Of a stretch of 64,000 nucleotides of DNA, positions 25,646 to 41,559 are shown one piece after another. Both the position numbers and the translations under genes were made by a program. The notes beneath the pieces are model-generated. The model searched no databases and was not told where the DNA came from. It saw only the letters and a list, made by a program, of their open reading frames with translations. This stretch comes from Eledone cirrhosa. Lineage: Eukaryota. Within the stretch, counting starts at the first letter, position 1, and each line of letters opens with the position of its first letter. Where the stretch lies: contig OZ024741.1 of NCBI GenBank assembly GCA_964016885.1, forward strand, positions 82,088,001 through 82,152,000, read 5' to 3'.

Positions 25646-26376
25646 CTGTAGAGAAATAATATTTCAATTTGAGTGCTACATTATCTATCGCCCTAATTTT
25701 GTTCTGCGTTACTTAAACATAAATGATATTTGAAGGTTTATGGCTAATATAAGATATATATAAATATCATGTTTTAATTAAAACCATTAAGTGTGAAAAG
25801 AATGAATTGATAAGTGTCTTCGCTATCAACTGTTTCTTTGTACAGAGAAAGAAAATAGATTATTCTTATGCCACCATTTAAGATGTTATTACGTCCTCAA
25901 TAGATAATATATATCCCTAAAATTCCATGTATAGTAAAATAACTCTATAAAGAGCATTTAAAATGGTGAGTCTTGTTTCCATAAAGTACAGACGTTGAGA
26001 GTATGACCTTATAAAACCTTAAATATTTGACCAAGTCCCTTCACTGTATAATCTAGTTTCAGTTGGAACTGGTTCAAGAAAATCTAAGGAACATTTAAGC
26101 AGGAAGGAATATAAATAGACGAAAATCCAATTTTAGCTTTATACTTAATATTATTGCAGTTGTTGGTTTTATGCGTTTGTTGGTATTTTCAGTAACGAAA
26201 ACAAAATAGTTCTGACTATTTTGATGTTAGTGAAGTAAAAATGTATAGTTTTTCAACAATTTGTATATAGAAGTTCGGTAAAGAATTCGGCTGCCTAGTA
26301 TTAATTTGGGCACAAAAACACACTTACACACACACTTACACGCGCACATATACACACCGACAAACAAATTTACAAA

Positions 26377-26421
<45 letters not shown>

Positions 26422-26496
26422 GTATATAATAACAACAACAAAAATATAAAGGATGAATAATGGCTTTTTCATTATTCCAATCTAGGGATTCTTTTC

Positions 26497-26533
<37 letters not shown>

Positions 26534-27074
26534 AGTAAAAATAAAAGATGAAATATATGAAAAAAAAAAATTACATAAAACAAGAAATGTATTTCACAAG
26601 TATATAAAAGCAATCTTTAAGATTAGTTTAAAAACAATATATAGTTGCCTGTGCCACAAACGGAGATGATAGAGAGAGTTTTCTGTCAAGCTGGATTGAA
26701 ACAATTGATTATAAAAGATTACATTAAAAAAAGCAATGAAATATATTTACTCATAAAAATCCGCGCTTTGAATGTTATATATGAAGGTTAGAATTGTTTG
26801 TGTTTAATTTTGTGAGCAGAACGAGAAAAATATAAATATTGCCTTTGTGTTGAGGACCTTAAGCGGTAATAAAATATAAAAATATTAACAACACTAAACT
26901 ATCGTAAATGTTAAAAGAGATGATGAGAATTAGGGGTGGGTGGGGTGAAAGAAACAGAGATAGGATGTGATGCAAAAGAGAGAGAGAAAAGAGAGATAGA
27001 GCGAGAGGATAATGCAACAGCGATAGACAGAAAGAAATAATGATATGGAGAGAAAAGTGACAGAGCCCTGAAAG

Positions 27075-27295
27075 CCAGCACGAGAGAGTGATATGAGAAA
27101 GAGAGAATGAGGGGACAGCAAGAGAGAGTGATATGAGAAAAAGAAAGAGGGGGACAGCAAGAGAAAGTGATATGAGAAAGAGAGAATGAGGCGACAGCAT
27201 GAGAGAGTAATATGAGAAAGAGAGACAGAGAGAAAAAGAGAATGAGGGCGACAGCATGAGAGAGTGATATGAGAAAGAGAGACAGGGAGAAAGAG
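27075..27295. repeat. Purine-rich minisatellite, ~38-56 bp units
   Basis: Unit gagagagtgatatgagaaagagagaatgagg..gacagca repeated about 5 times. Confidence 0.8.
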
Positions 27296-29177
27296 AGGCT
27301 GATGAAATATTTTCATTTTATCAATCTGTAAAATTTGGTTTGTTTGCTGAAAATAATTTGCTTCTTTCATTTTAACAACTTTTATAAATATCAGGGATAT
27401 AAATTAAGATTTAGATACAGATGAGAGAGAGAGAGAAGAAAAAAGGTAATAAAGAAAGAGAGAGAAAATGAGAAAAAATCAGAGGGAGGGTGTGAATTAA
27501 TTAAATTTGTTTGTTTGAGTTATTAAAACAAAAGTAAACAGAGTATAAAAATATATGTATGTGTGTCCTCGTCAGATATCATATTAGAATATTATTTCTT
27601 TATGAGTTTAACATCATTAACTTCAGAGATGCGAGGAATTGTTCAACCTTGTGAGATTCGGTAAATAGTTCTACTCATAATAAATTTTTGCTATAAGCTA
27701 TTGGATGAAAATGGAAACTGAAATTATTATTTCTCTGTGGATCTCTTAAGGCAGCCAGGAATTGGTTCATTGGCAATAACCTATACATCAATAAACACGA
27801 GGTTGTTTTATTTTTTTATTCTTAATTTGTTTGTCTCATATTCCACATGTGAAGACCACATCTGTAATCAACAGTGGCGTGTATACATACGTATATACAG
27901 ATTTAGAGAAGATTCATGCGTTGTTAAATGATGATTAGAAAGTCGATATGATATTGCAAAAATTTATTAATTTGACATATTACTATTTAACTCATTTGTG
28001 ACCACATTTCAAACAAAATACACTGTCCAAAAATTTCAATTAATCTTTTTAATCATACCAAATTGGAAAGGATTTTGTAAAATAGTTTATTTCTATATTA
28101 CAAAACTGATTTGAAATATAAGAGAACAGAGGTTTCTTGCATAAAATTTTATGAACAGATTTAATAGTAAATAGAATATTTTGAAATGAACAGTTTTGTA
28201 TCAAGAATCTAGAAGTGGTTTTAAGCGTGTTGGTATCGAAATAGTTAAGATCAAGTGGGAATAAGGCAACAAATGCGCAATGAAAACGTTCCACTGATAA
28301 AGATATGGTTATATGTATTGTTTAACATCTGCTGAAATATAACCGAGCTAATTTCGGCTCAGACACATTTCAATCGAAGACATATTGCATTTCTTTATTT
28401 CTAATGATTGTATGGGCATTTGTCTGCTATTTTTAAAATATAGAAGTATTTCGCCCATTGATAAAATGGTGTTGTAGTTAGTTCTCTAGTGTTCAACCCT
28501 TATGCAGCAGATCAATAATTAAAGGCTTTCATAATACTCCATATGACGAGCTTCCATACCATTTTTATCTAATGAATTTTACTCACAAAACTGGCGGTTG
28601 CACCTAAGTTATGTTAAAACATTTCTTCAAGTAGTCTTGAGGCTTCATCTGAGCATATACAGGATCATCAAACAATACAGGAGTCTTGTATGATGACATT
28701 GTGAAAGCACATGACTCATTCCTTAGCCATAGTAAAGAATATATTTTAAATATATTTATATATATTCGAAAGTAAGTGTTTTTAATAAATTCCACACAGG
28801 TACAAATAAAGAAGGTGTATTTACAATAATCTATAACTTTATGCTAACTTGTAACTCGCATCTCACTGATGTTGGAAATTTCTTTGAATTTTATGAAAAA
28901 AAAAATGTGATTTAGGCTGTTATATGTTTGAAAGTACAATTTCATAGATTCAGGAATAACGCGATAACGCATCGAATTCTGTGGTAATTTTATACCAAAG
29001 ATCGGGAGTGTCAGTGTATAGCGAACATGTAGAGTGTCAATTCATGCTTGTTTTTTATGTGTTCAGTAGCCAAGGGAGGTTGGTATTGTTTTTGTGGCAA
29101 TCCTCAAAATTCAAAAGTACAGGAATTGTGTTTATATGTGTGCGTATAGTTAGTGATTTTGTTTCCTACTACGCCAG

Positions 29178-31785
29178 AATAATAGAAATAATAACAATAA
29201 TTTCTTTATTGGTCACTAAGGCTTACATATAAGGGACAATAAACAGTACAGGGACAGCAGAGGTTGACAATAAAATAGAGTAACACAAATTAACAAAACA
29301 TTTAGCAATAAAGTTACAAATAAGTTCCCCGAAAGGCAGGATGACCACCCAAGGGCAGCTCAGTTACATCGAGGTCATCCGGGAAGGGCACCCATCTCCT
29401 ACTCAAATTAACCAGCCTACAGTCGCATAATCAGAGTAGGTCCATTCACACAGGCAATTCTCGCCACATTCACCCGCCTTTTAGCAAATGTACTCAGGGG
29501 CAGGACAATTTCTCCACCCTCACCTTCCTTTCCAAGTGAAACTTGATGAGTTGGCCGAAAATAATAGTGGTTGAACGAAAATAAAAGTGTCTATCTTGAG
29601 GACTTGCAACCTGTTCCACCACCCAATTTCATTAGCTACCACCACCAGACTGAGAAAAATTGCCTGTTCTCCTCGGTCAAAATAAGGCGGCGGCACAATC
29701 TCCCTTATAGACTCGGTCAATACCTGGATCAATCCAACACATGGCACCAGCTGTTCGACATAACTCCACAAATTAGTAATGCACAAAAACTGGACTAGTA
29801 CGTTCAGAACGTTTTCGTCACTCTGCGCGCATCGCAGGCAGGTCCGTCTGTCAGCACTTCCATGCCTGTGGAGCTTATCTCGAACTGGCAGTGCTCCTCA
29901 CCCGGTAACACTGGCAAACGAGTGATTTCTGGAAGTTATCCATAGATTTGAAAGTCTTCCGGAACAGAATGATCAGTTCAAATTCCTCTACGTTCAGAGT
30001 CTCTCCGACTGCGTCGTCGCACTTCCCACCACTATTCCTCTATAGAACTCGAAGGTGGAAGATCCACTGAAGGCATTTCCCGCCTGGTAGAGATCAGTGA
30101 GAGCCTGGCAATATTCTAGATGTCAGGTACCCAGTCACGCTCTCTTTTTGACCCAGCCCTGAAATTCAGTCAAGAAAACGAGCTGCACAATGGCCTGTTT
30201 CGCAAACGCCGTCCACACCTGTTCACCGTTAAGACAAAATATCTGGAGATCTGGAGATGCCGCAGCCTAAGCGTATGTTTGCGCATCATTAGCCATGGTA
30301 TGCCCAGCTCTGCATGTAGAGGGAGCTGACAGCAGATAGACAACCTAACCAACGGAACTTGTCCCCTCCACAAGAAGTTGAAGAGGAACCGTTCCTCTTA
30401 GGTGAGGCGCGAACAGGGGAAAGGCATGATGGTAGGGCGAAAATAGCTGACGAGCTCGATGTACGTGTTCACAACATCTGCCCAACCGTTCAGGGAGAGC
30501 TTCCTCTCGGTCCATTTCTGGGTGAAAATGGCTACCCTGATCGTCACCTCGTCCCACTTGTTATCAACCTGGAGATATAGTCTGAACTAGAACCCATGAA
30601 ACTTCACCGGTCCGTCCGTCCAGTACCCTACGACACTATTGAATGACATGTACTTGCCTCTTCAGGTGCTGAGCTGCAAGCTAACTGATTTTTCCGGGTT
30701 TAGTTTTGCTCACGTCAAACTTTCATATTTATTCAAGCAGGAGCTGACCACTTCGATTTCCGAGGTCTTTGACACCATCACGTTTGCGCCTCCCCTCCCA
30801 AGTCCCCGACGCAAAGCGCCAACATCTTCGCTAACACCTTGGCCAAAATTTGAAAGTCTGTGTTGAGCAGATTTATGGCCCTGAAGGTATCTAATATATC
30901 TCTTGTTCTCGTCTTTCCTTATCAGCCTCACTACGCCCCAGCTTACAGAACTTGGAATACTCCCGTTCTACTGTCAGTTACAATAGAGCGCTTCGAGAAG
31001 ATCGGAGACCAAGCCTAGGATCTCTACGTAAAGCTCGCATGGCAGATCATTCAAACCAGGTGATTTGGGCCAAGTACAGCCGACTAGGGCATCCCGAATC
31101 TCGGCTGGAGTTATCGGCCTTCCGCAGCGCTCAGGATAGGCTGACTAGAGACACGGTAGGCCGTCGATGTAGGGACTGAAATCTCGGACCCCCTCTCACC
31201 CCGAACATCGGAGCAAAGTGCTTGGAATTGTTCAGCTCCCGTTCGTCGCAGTCCGTCATAGACCTAATTGTGGTTTTGTTACCATGGTAAGCCTCTTCTA
31301 CGTGGGCCCATCAAACAGCTTTTGTTCAATCATTTTTAGAGCACGCGCCTTAGCTCTGCCGATGCACCCTTCAAGTTTCGTATTGAAGAAATTGTCTAAT
31401 GGAATTCTCCCCGCTAGTACGTCAGTTGCAATGCCACTACTAATAGCCTCGTCTAATTTTGCTACCAGCCACTTTTCTATTTTTCTCTAAAGCTACTTCT
31501 TTACTAAACCCTATCGACATTACTCTAATCTCTCTTTTGAGAGCCCCTACCACATGTTGCTTACAATCCCCCTGTCAAACTTTGATTAGCGATATTGATG
31601 ACCCGATCCCTGCTGTTGATGACCCCCACTGTCAACTTTTGCTTAGGTAAAGTGATGAACAGGGCCCTGTAATCTTTACGTGCCGAGAAGATGTTCAGCG
31701 TCAAGTAACTAGATGCTAACCTGCATATTATATCTATGTCAACCATGCAGATCACAAACTTGTGATCTGAATAAGCGATTGTTGA
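29178..31785 (-). mobile_element. 5'-truncated, degenerate L1/Tx1 copy 4
   Basis: Minus strand runs from SDHKFVICMVD (~31770) through RT remnants to ..LIMRL* (~29417). Ends in a degenerate (TTA)n tail at 29178-29201. Confidence 0.85.
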
Positions 31786-32472
31786 AGATAATAGCCACTC
31801 AGATTCTTAAATTTCCCACATCTCTCATTAAACACAGAAATGCCTTGTCAGCAACACATAAAATAACAAGGATATTACGTGCTCTAAGACGTAACATATG
31901 TTGCTTAACACTGCCGTATTTCAATAAGATGACCTACATACAACGCTATGTGCACATTTCCTAATTATTCCGTCAACAATGCAGAAAGGTGCATGGGAGC
32001 GTACATGGTATAAAAGGTCACATTGGAAATACCGTCTGGATGCTGCACATGACGACGGAGTACATGATGACGAGAGCCTCTTCTGCTAAGAAACATCTTG
32101 ATAGATCGACAGACGTTGAGGTTACCATAATAGAGGTGAGGGAAAGGAATGTGGGCAGTTTAAGAATCAAAAACCTCATTATCATTTACCAGAAAAAGAA
32201 AACACATAAATAATAAATTGGAAAAGTATGAAGCAGATTGGTTACTATGACGACTTCATGCATGCGTATATCACACACGCCGACCAGTTTAAGAAGAAAA
32301 CATCGAACGTTTGTGTTTTGAACTGTTCTCGTTTCACATTTGAAAAGAGAGTTTTAACCCAGAAATGTACTGGGAAGACATTATTTCGTTTTGTTTTATT
32401 TGTTATCCTTTGCCCTACATATATTTCTACCGCATTGAAGCGGCTTTTTGAAACTTATCAGTCATTTATTAT

Positions 32473-32823
<351 letters not shown>

Positions 32824-33010
32824 TATATATATATATATACAATATTAATAAATGGAAACTATATTTATAAAACCATATTTATTTCATTATATATATTTCA
32901 AGGATACCAAGTTAAATCATGGTATGCCTTCATCAGACAAAATACAATATATAACAGTTTTACAAATAGATATTGACGTACCCTTTCAAAAAGGTCACCA
33001 GTATATATTG

Positions 33011-33075
33011 TATTTTGTCTGATGAAGGCATACCATGATTTAACTTGGTATCCTTGAAATATATATAATTAAATA
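33011..33075 (+). ncRNA. Minimal type I hammerhead ribozyme (antisense copy at ~32880-32944)
   Basis: tattttgt-CTGATGA-aggcatacca..tggtatcctt-GAAA-tatata-TA-at(t/g)aaata. Confidence 0.7.
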
Positions 33076-33164
33076 AATATGGTTTTATAAATATAGTTTC
33101 CATTTATTTATATTGTATATCTACTCCAAATATTTGTCGAGTGCTTTATATCAGTTATAATAAT

Positions 33165-33331
33165 TGTTTCTACTTTAGGCACAAGGCCAGCAATTACTGG
33201 TACTTTATTTTATCGACCCCGTAAGGATTAAAGGCAAAGTCAACCTCGGCGGGATTTGAACTCAGATCATAAAGGGACGTAACTATGCTGGAAAGCATGG
33301 CGTCCGACACCGATACTGCCAATCCACTGCC
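33165..33331 (-). mobile_element. tRNA-derived SINE with 18 bp TSD
   Basis: TSD tatatcagttataataat at 33147-33164 and 33332-33349. A and B boxes on the minus strand. Confidence 0.9.
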
Positions 33332-33387
33332 TATATCAGTTATAATAATATTTACTTGTTGTATCCCAACAATTTAAATAGAACTTT

Positions 33388-33566
<179 letters not shown>

Positions 33567-33950
33567 AGATAGAGTGTCCGTGCTGTTTGCTCTGGTCTGA
33601 GCAAAAAGCAGGGACACTCTATCTCAAAATTATTTTTGAAGAGCATTTAAAAATGCGCAACCGGTAAGAACTTAAAAACTTAAAACCACAACTGAATACT
33701 AACCCATACAATCACTAATAGTCTTTTATTCCTAATTAAACCATTTTTCAACTGTGAACAATTTGTCAGCATTTTCTATTCCGTTTACCAATATATAATA
33801 ACTTGTGTGTTAGATCTCTATTCATTTAACTATATATATATATATATATATATACATACATACACACACATATAGATATATATATTTGTTTTTATATATA
33901 TATGTATATATATATATACATATATATATATACATCATATATATATATAT

Positions 33951-33952
<2 letters not shown>

Positions 33953-33989
<37 letters not shown>

Positions 33990-36900
33990 GTTTTCTTTAT
34001 TAACCACAAGGGTTTACATAAAGTAGACATTAAGGACAGTACAGGACAATACAGGACGGTACAAATGGGCATTTCTGCGTGTAAAAAAAACAGAGGATGT
34101 AATAAAATAACAAAGAAAAATTCCCCAATAGGGGGGAGACTTCCGAGGGACATTTGTGGAGAAAGCCCATTAAAAGACCACAGTGACCCTGACCACCAGG
34201 GCAAGTGCCCTCTCCCAGTTTTCCACCTTTAATTTACAGACACATACTCAGAGAAGGCCCATTCATGCGGGCCATACTTGCTTCTCTCACCCATCTTTCA
34301 ACAAAATACTGGGAAGAGAACACTTCCCTCTCTACCCTGATTTTCCTTTTCAAATGAAATTTGAAAAAGTTGATCAGGGCATCACCGAAGAGGTAAGTGC
34401 TCGTCTTCAGCCCTTTCAAACGTGTCCACCATACTATCTCTTTCGCCATGGCCACCAGACAGAATAAAAACTGCCTGCCCTTCCCAGCTAAAGGAAGAGG
34501 GCGGGGCAATCCTCACGATGGACTCAGCTGATAGCTGGATCCGTCCTACACGTGACAGCAGGTGTTCGACATAAACCAACAAGTCAGCAATGCTCGGACA
34601 CTGGACGAGTGCGTGCAGGACGGTTTCGTCGCCCTGTGCGCATCTCGGACATTCGCGGCTCACGGCACCTCCATGCCTGTAGAGTTTATCCCGAACTGGC
34701 AAACTCCCCGGTAGAACTGCCAGGCCAGGGATTTCTCGAAGTTGTACATAGGCCCCGCCCCGAAACTGCTTCCGAAGAGATTGGCTAGCTGATTTTCGTC
34801 GACGCCTAGAGTTTCTCCAAGTACGTCGTCGCTCTTCCCCTCCAATAATCCTCTATAGAACGCCAAGGTGGAGTTTCCACCGATCACCTGCCCGATTGGT
34901 GGAGGGCTGTGAGCGCCTGAAGACATTCCAGTCTCCAAGCGTTCCCTCTCGGTCTTCGCTTGACCCAGGACTGCAGCTCAGTCAAGGAGACGAACTGGGG
35001 AAAGACATGTGTATCAAACGGCGACCACACCTGATCACCGTCGAGGAAGAGGTGGAGATGTCGTAGCCTGAGCGCGTGTCTGCGCATCATCAGCCACGGC
35101 ATGCCCAGCCCTCCAGGTACGGGTGTTGACAGCAGACGGACCACCTGACCATCGGAGCGCGTCCCTTCCACAAAAAGCGAGAGAGCAAACGCTCCAGCGC
35201 AGTTAGGCGGGGCTTAGGACAAGGTACGACGGTCACGCGGCAGTAGATGACGGACGCGATGTACGCGTTAACCACCTACGCTCGACCTTTCAGAGATAGC
35301 TTCCTCTCGGCCCATTTCTGGGTGAGAGAATCCACCCTGCTCGTCACCTTGTCCCAGATCTTGTCCGTCTGGAGGTCTGGACCGAACCAGACCCCTAGCA
35401 ATTTAACCGGTCCGTCCGTCCAGCGCCCGACGACGCTGTTGGACGGCATGGACCTGCCTCTCCAGGTGCCGAGCTGCAGGCCCACTGACTTTTCCTGGTT
35501 GATCATTGCTCCTGTCACCGCTTCGTATTCTCTTAGTGTAGTGCCGTCGCCTCAATGTGTTTGGCGTTCGACACCACTACGGTGACATCGTCCGCATATG
35601 CTGACACGGATCTTCCGCATCCTAGTTCGCGCGGGACCCCCCTCAAAGTCTCCAGTTTGTGCACTAATGGCTCGAGAGTCAATACGTACAAGAGGGACGA
35701 GAGGGGACATCCTTGGTGGACCAAGCGCATGATGTTGAACGGTTCCGAAAGGTGACCGTTCACTCTCACTACAGAGCAGATGTCGCTGTGCATGGCAGCG
35801 ATCCAGCCTCTCAAGACGGGCCCAAAGCCAGCCGCCCTCAGGACTGCCGCTAGGTAACGATGGTCGACCCTATCGAAGGCTTTCGACTGACCTAAATTGA
35901 TCAAAGACCCACCCGTGCCAGGTTCCCTAGCTACCCTCTCTACGATGTATCGCATGAGGTGGAGGTTGTCGTGGATGGATCTGTCGGGAATGGCGCATGT
36001 CTGCGCCTCTCCCACCAGACCACCAACGACAAGCGCCATCCTCTTTGCTAGCACCTTGGCCAAAATCTTGAACTCTGTGTTTAGCAGAGTTATGGGCCTA
36101 AAATCATCTATGTTATCCCCCTTGTTCGGATCCTTTCTCAGCAGCGCCACCACTCCTCGGCTCACAGAGCTGGGAATTCCCCCGTTCTGTTGCCAGTTGC
36201 AGTAGACGTCCGCCAAAAGGCCTCCGAACAAGTCTGGCATTTGTACGTAAAGTTCATAGGGCAGACCATCCAAACCAGGCGATTTACCCCTTGGGCAGCC
36301 AGTCATTGCCTCCCGTACTCAGCGGCTGTTATAGGCTTTTCGCAACACTCCGCCTCAGTGGCCGAGAGCCGCGGTAGTCCGTCGAGGTAGACACGAAAGT
36401 CCATCCCTCGATCCGGCCCGCCACTGCCTCGAACAGTTGAGCGAAGTGTCGCTGAAAAGCTTCACACATTTGCCCGGGATCGAGTAGCATGTGCCTGTCG
36501 TGGTCCACCAAAGACCGGATCGTGGCTTTGTTGCCACGACGTGCCTCCGCCACTCGGGCCCATTGAACGGCTTTCGTCCCCTCGTGTCTGAGAGCACGCA
36601 CCCTAGCTCTGACAACGCAGCCTTCGTGCTTTGCATTGAAGAATTGGTCAAGTATGTCGGTCGCGATGCCTATGCAAAGCGCCTCGTCTAATTTTCTAAC
36701 TAATTCTCCCTCTGCTCTATTTTTCTCTATTGCTAAAGCCTTACTAAACCTAATGGACTCTATTCTAATTGCTCTTTTCAGAGCAAACCACCACTTGTTG
36801 TTGACGATGGCCCCCGTCAACGCCCGCTTAACTAGTTCGCTAATCCGGTCTCTGTAGGCCTTGCGCGCTGGTATGGACGCGTTTAGCTTCCAGTAGCCGG

Positions 36901-39900
36901 GTCCTCGTCTATGAAGCCTATCTAAGTCAAGCACACAGATCACGAATTTGTGGTCCGTGTAGCTGACTATCTTGAATTGTGGACAGCCTATGCTAGACCT
37001 ATCTATTTCTCTACAAAATACTCTATCTAGATATGATCTGGATGACCCTATGCGATTTGTTCAAGTCCACATTGGCACATTTTATTGTTGACAATGGCCC
37101 CTGTCAATGCCCGCTTAACTAATTCGCTAATCCGGTCTCTGTAAGTTTTGCGCTCTTAACGACGCGTTTAGCTTCCATTAGCCGGGTCCCTGTCGATGAA
37201 GTCTATCTAAATCAATCACACAGATCACAGATTTGTGGTCCGTGTAGCCGACTATCTTGAATTGTGGACAGCCTCTGCTAGACGTATCTATTTCCCTACA
37301 AAATACCCTATCTAGATATGATATGGATGATCCGATGGGGTTTGTCCAAGTCCACATTGGTACATTCGGGAAATCCAATCGGTACCTGTCAGACAGTTCA
37401 AAATGCCTGAGCAGGTTGGTGAGACTCTTGTACCCTCCTTCCCTATCCACTAATCCCACACAATCCCAGCGTACATCTAAGATCCCGTTCCAGTCGCCCA
37501 CTAACACTAAAGAGCGAGACGTTCCAAGAAAGGTCTCCAGACGCCCGAAGAAATCAGGCCACCCTGCTCCTGTCGGGGCATAGACGGCCACTAACCTGAA
37601 AGCTTGCCCGTCTCCGCTGGTCACGTCCAGCACCACCAACTTACCTTCTGGGTCCAGGAAGATGGCCCGTATGGCAAGATCTAAACCTCTCCGAAAAAGC
37701 ACAGCAACACGTCCCCCCGATCCAGGACGGCTGGGAGATGCGTACACATCGTAGCCGCCGAAGATCGGTGCGAAGGCCCGTGCTTCGGAGATTCTGGTCT
37801 CGCTGATGGCCACTACATCTATGTTTAGTGACCTGAGGTCGTTGAGCATGTGGCCCTGCTTCCATGACGACCCCAAACCACGCGCATTTATGCTGCCTAT
37901 TCTGAGTGAGGTCATGTTGAAAAGGAGTGGAAAAGATGGGAAAGACCACTTACCTTACTTCTCGTAGAGGAAGGACGGTTTTTCCATCCTTTTCACTGCT
38001 TGTGGCCTCCTCAGGAAGGATGTCCTTATAAATCCTCCTGGAGAGTGCTTGTCGGAAGTCTCCGATGTCTTTGGGGAATTTATGTTTTAGTGTCATGTAC
38101 GTTTGATGGTTGATGCGAGTCATGTGTATGTGTGGAGGTGGTGTGAATTTTGGGGTTGTTGTGTAGTCTTTTTCTGTGATGCTGGTGCTGTGTTGGATGT
38201 AGTGTAATAATTGCTTGTTGTTCAAATTTAATGCTGTGTAGTGTGTATCGTTTTGGTTGTTTTGTTTTGTTTGCGTTTGTTGTGGGTTTGTTTCTGTTTC
38301 GCATTTTGGTGACTTTTGTGGTGTAAGTGATGGTGGTGTTGGGGTTAATGATGGTGATGGTGTTGGTGTTTGGCGTGATGGGATTGGTGATGCCGGTGTG
38401 GATGGTGGCATATCTGTCCTAACTTTTTTGTTTGTTAATTTATTTGTTTCCCTCTGTATTTTCGTATTTGGAGGGGGAAGGAAGAGAATTTTTTCTTTTT
38501 TGGTTTCTTTTTTTTTCCAGATACCGTTTCCCACTCCTCGTCGTCACAATCTGTCTCCAGTTGTGATAGGCCGAGGAGTGGAAAATCCTCCACAGGCGTT
38601 AGTCTTGGTTGTGGCGTGGTGGATGGTGTAGGCGCTGGTGCTAGTTCTGAAGCGTTGGGTGGTGGTGGTGTTGGTTTTGCTGGTGGTGGTGGTGTTGGTT
38701 TTGCTACTGTTGCTGGGGTTGTTGCTGTTATAGTTGCTTCTGTTGTTGCTGCTACAGCTGTTGCTGTCATCTCTGCTACTGGTGGTGTTGATGGTTGAGT
38801 CACTGGGGTGGGTAGGAGAGGTGGCCTCAACCTTTTAGCCTGAGGGCAGAAATCCCTTAGGTGGGTTCCTTAACCACAAACGACTCACCTAGGCCTTCTA
38901 CCCTCGACAATTACGGTGAGGTGGCTGCCGTCAGTGAGGTCTATTACCTCTGGGATCTCCTCAATGCTTTTTTGGTCCGCTTGGATCAGGAGCTCCATCC
39001 CAGATCCGGTCCAGTTCTCCTGCTTTTCTTTTGCTATTGCTATTATCTTTGTGTTGGCTTCGATGCCGGCGAGGACGGCCGCTATTAGCCAGGGAATTCC
39101 GATGGCCGGTGGAACGTGGGTCACCCTGATCTTTACGAGTCTCTGGCCACAATAGCTTCTGCCCACGTCTGATGTGGGTTTTTCTTACCCACACATGTCC
39201 CAAAGCTTTTTGGATTTGGGACTCGGATGCCCGTTCCACTCGGCGCGATTTTACATTTATTGTTCGATACGACACGGTGCATAGGCGCCGATGCTTCATT
39301 TTATTAGGTGGGGGTGTGGTGTGAGGCTGACCCTGTACCCATCTTTCTTTACAATTTTTTTGGCATTTTCTAATTCCTCCTGAGTTACCGTAAATGCTTC
39401 GCACTGTTTTGCTACTCTGGCAAAACTCAGGGTGGTTTTTTTAATGTCATTGTTGTTGTTGTTGCTATCGTTATTTTTGTTATTATTAATTTTAGTTTCA
39501 GTTGTGGTGGTGGTGACGTCAGTGGAGTTCGGTTTGGAAGAGTCCATTTTGGTTGAAAATATTTCGAAATCACGATTTGCTTTATTTTTTCCTTTTGTTT
39601 CTGTTGTCGCGGTGGTGGTGGGGTGGTGGTTGTCGCAGTGGTGGTCGTGGCGGCTTTAACACCTGCAGTCATTGGTAATGGCGGGAACTGAATGTCTGCC
39701 TGAGACAAATTTAAAATATTGCTAGTGCTAAATTTGTTTGTGTTGGCAAACGTAGTATCATTTACAATGGTGGTGTTGGTGTGAGGTGTTAATTTGTGAG
39801 GAAGGCTTTCAGTTGCTTGGTGCAGAGGTGAACTAGCCATTTTTTTTTTCAAAGAAATTTTTTGATAATCATAAAAGTTTAAATTTTGGGCACAAGGCCC

Positions 39901-40080
39901 CAATCTTTTTGGGTGTCCTTTTCGGAAAACAATGTATGTGCGCTTATATATAGCTAACAATAAAAATTTTCCATAAATAGCAATTTTTAACACACGGAAA
40001 TAACAAACCTTTGCGGAGCTCGCGATGATACGATTTACTACGTAGGTCGCCAATAATAATAAAAATAATAATAATAATAA
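33953..40080 (-). mobile_element. L1/Tx1 copy 3, full length, inactivated, with an internal tandem duplication
   Basis: (TTA)n at both ends. ORF1 at ~39840-37950. ORF2 begins at 37915 (MTSLRIGSINARGLG), includes GKSPGLDGLP, HQGCPLS, AYADDV and CPRC, and stops at ~34234. Confidence 0.93.
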
Positions 40081-40325
40081 ATATGAAGACAAAATTCCAA
40101 AAAGGGCTCGAGAAGGATAAATATATATCAAATATATAAGAACCGTAGAGCTTTAATAAGTATATATATATATATATATATATGCAAAAGTTTTATTTAA
40201 AATTGTTGGGATACAACAAGTAAATATTTTATAACTGATATAAAGCAATCGACAAGTTTTTGGAGTAGATATACGATATTAATAAATGGAAACTATATTT
40301 ATAAACCATATTTATTTATATATAC

Positions 40326-40369
<44 letters not shown>

Positions 40370-40511
40370 TTATATATATGATCAAGGTTTAGCAAATAAG
40401 AAAAAGTTTTAAAATATTTTAAAAAGTTCACTGTACCTGCTGTAATTACCCTTACCGTACAGTTTCAAGTCTCAAAATAAATGTATATATATATATATAT
40501 ATAAATATATA

Positions 40512-41403
<892 letters not shown>

Positions 41404-41559
41404 TATAAATATATATATATATATTTATTTATTCAGGTCTGAAGGTTCACCACTGGATAGAGCTGGTCAATTCCGTATAGTCAATCTTAATGTAATAATA
41501 TGGAGAGTACCCAGCGTAAAGCAGTTCAACCGTCTTCGTGTTTGTAGTTGGTAGTGCTA

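Noticed and set aside
27075-27295. CRISPR-like array
   Set aside because: The units are contiguous low-complexity repeats without unique spacers, there are no cas genes, and the context is eukaryotic.
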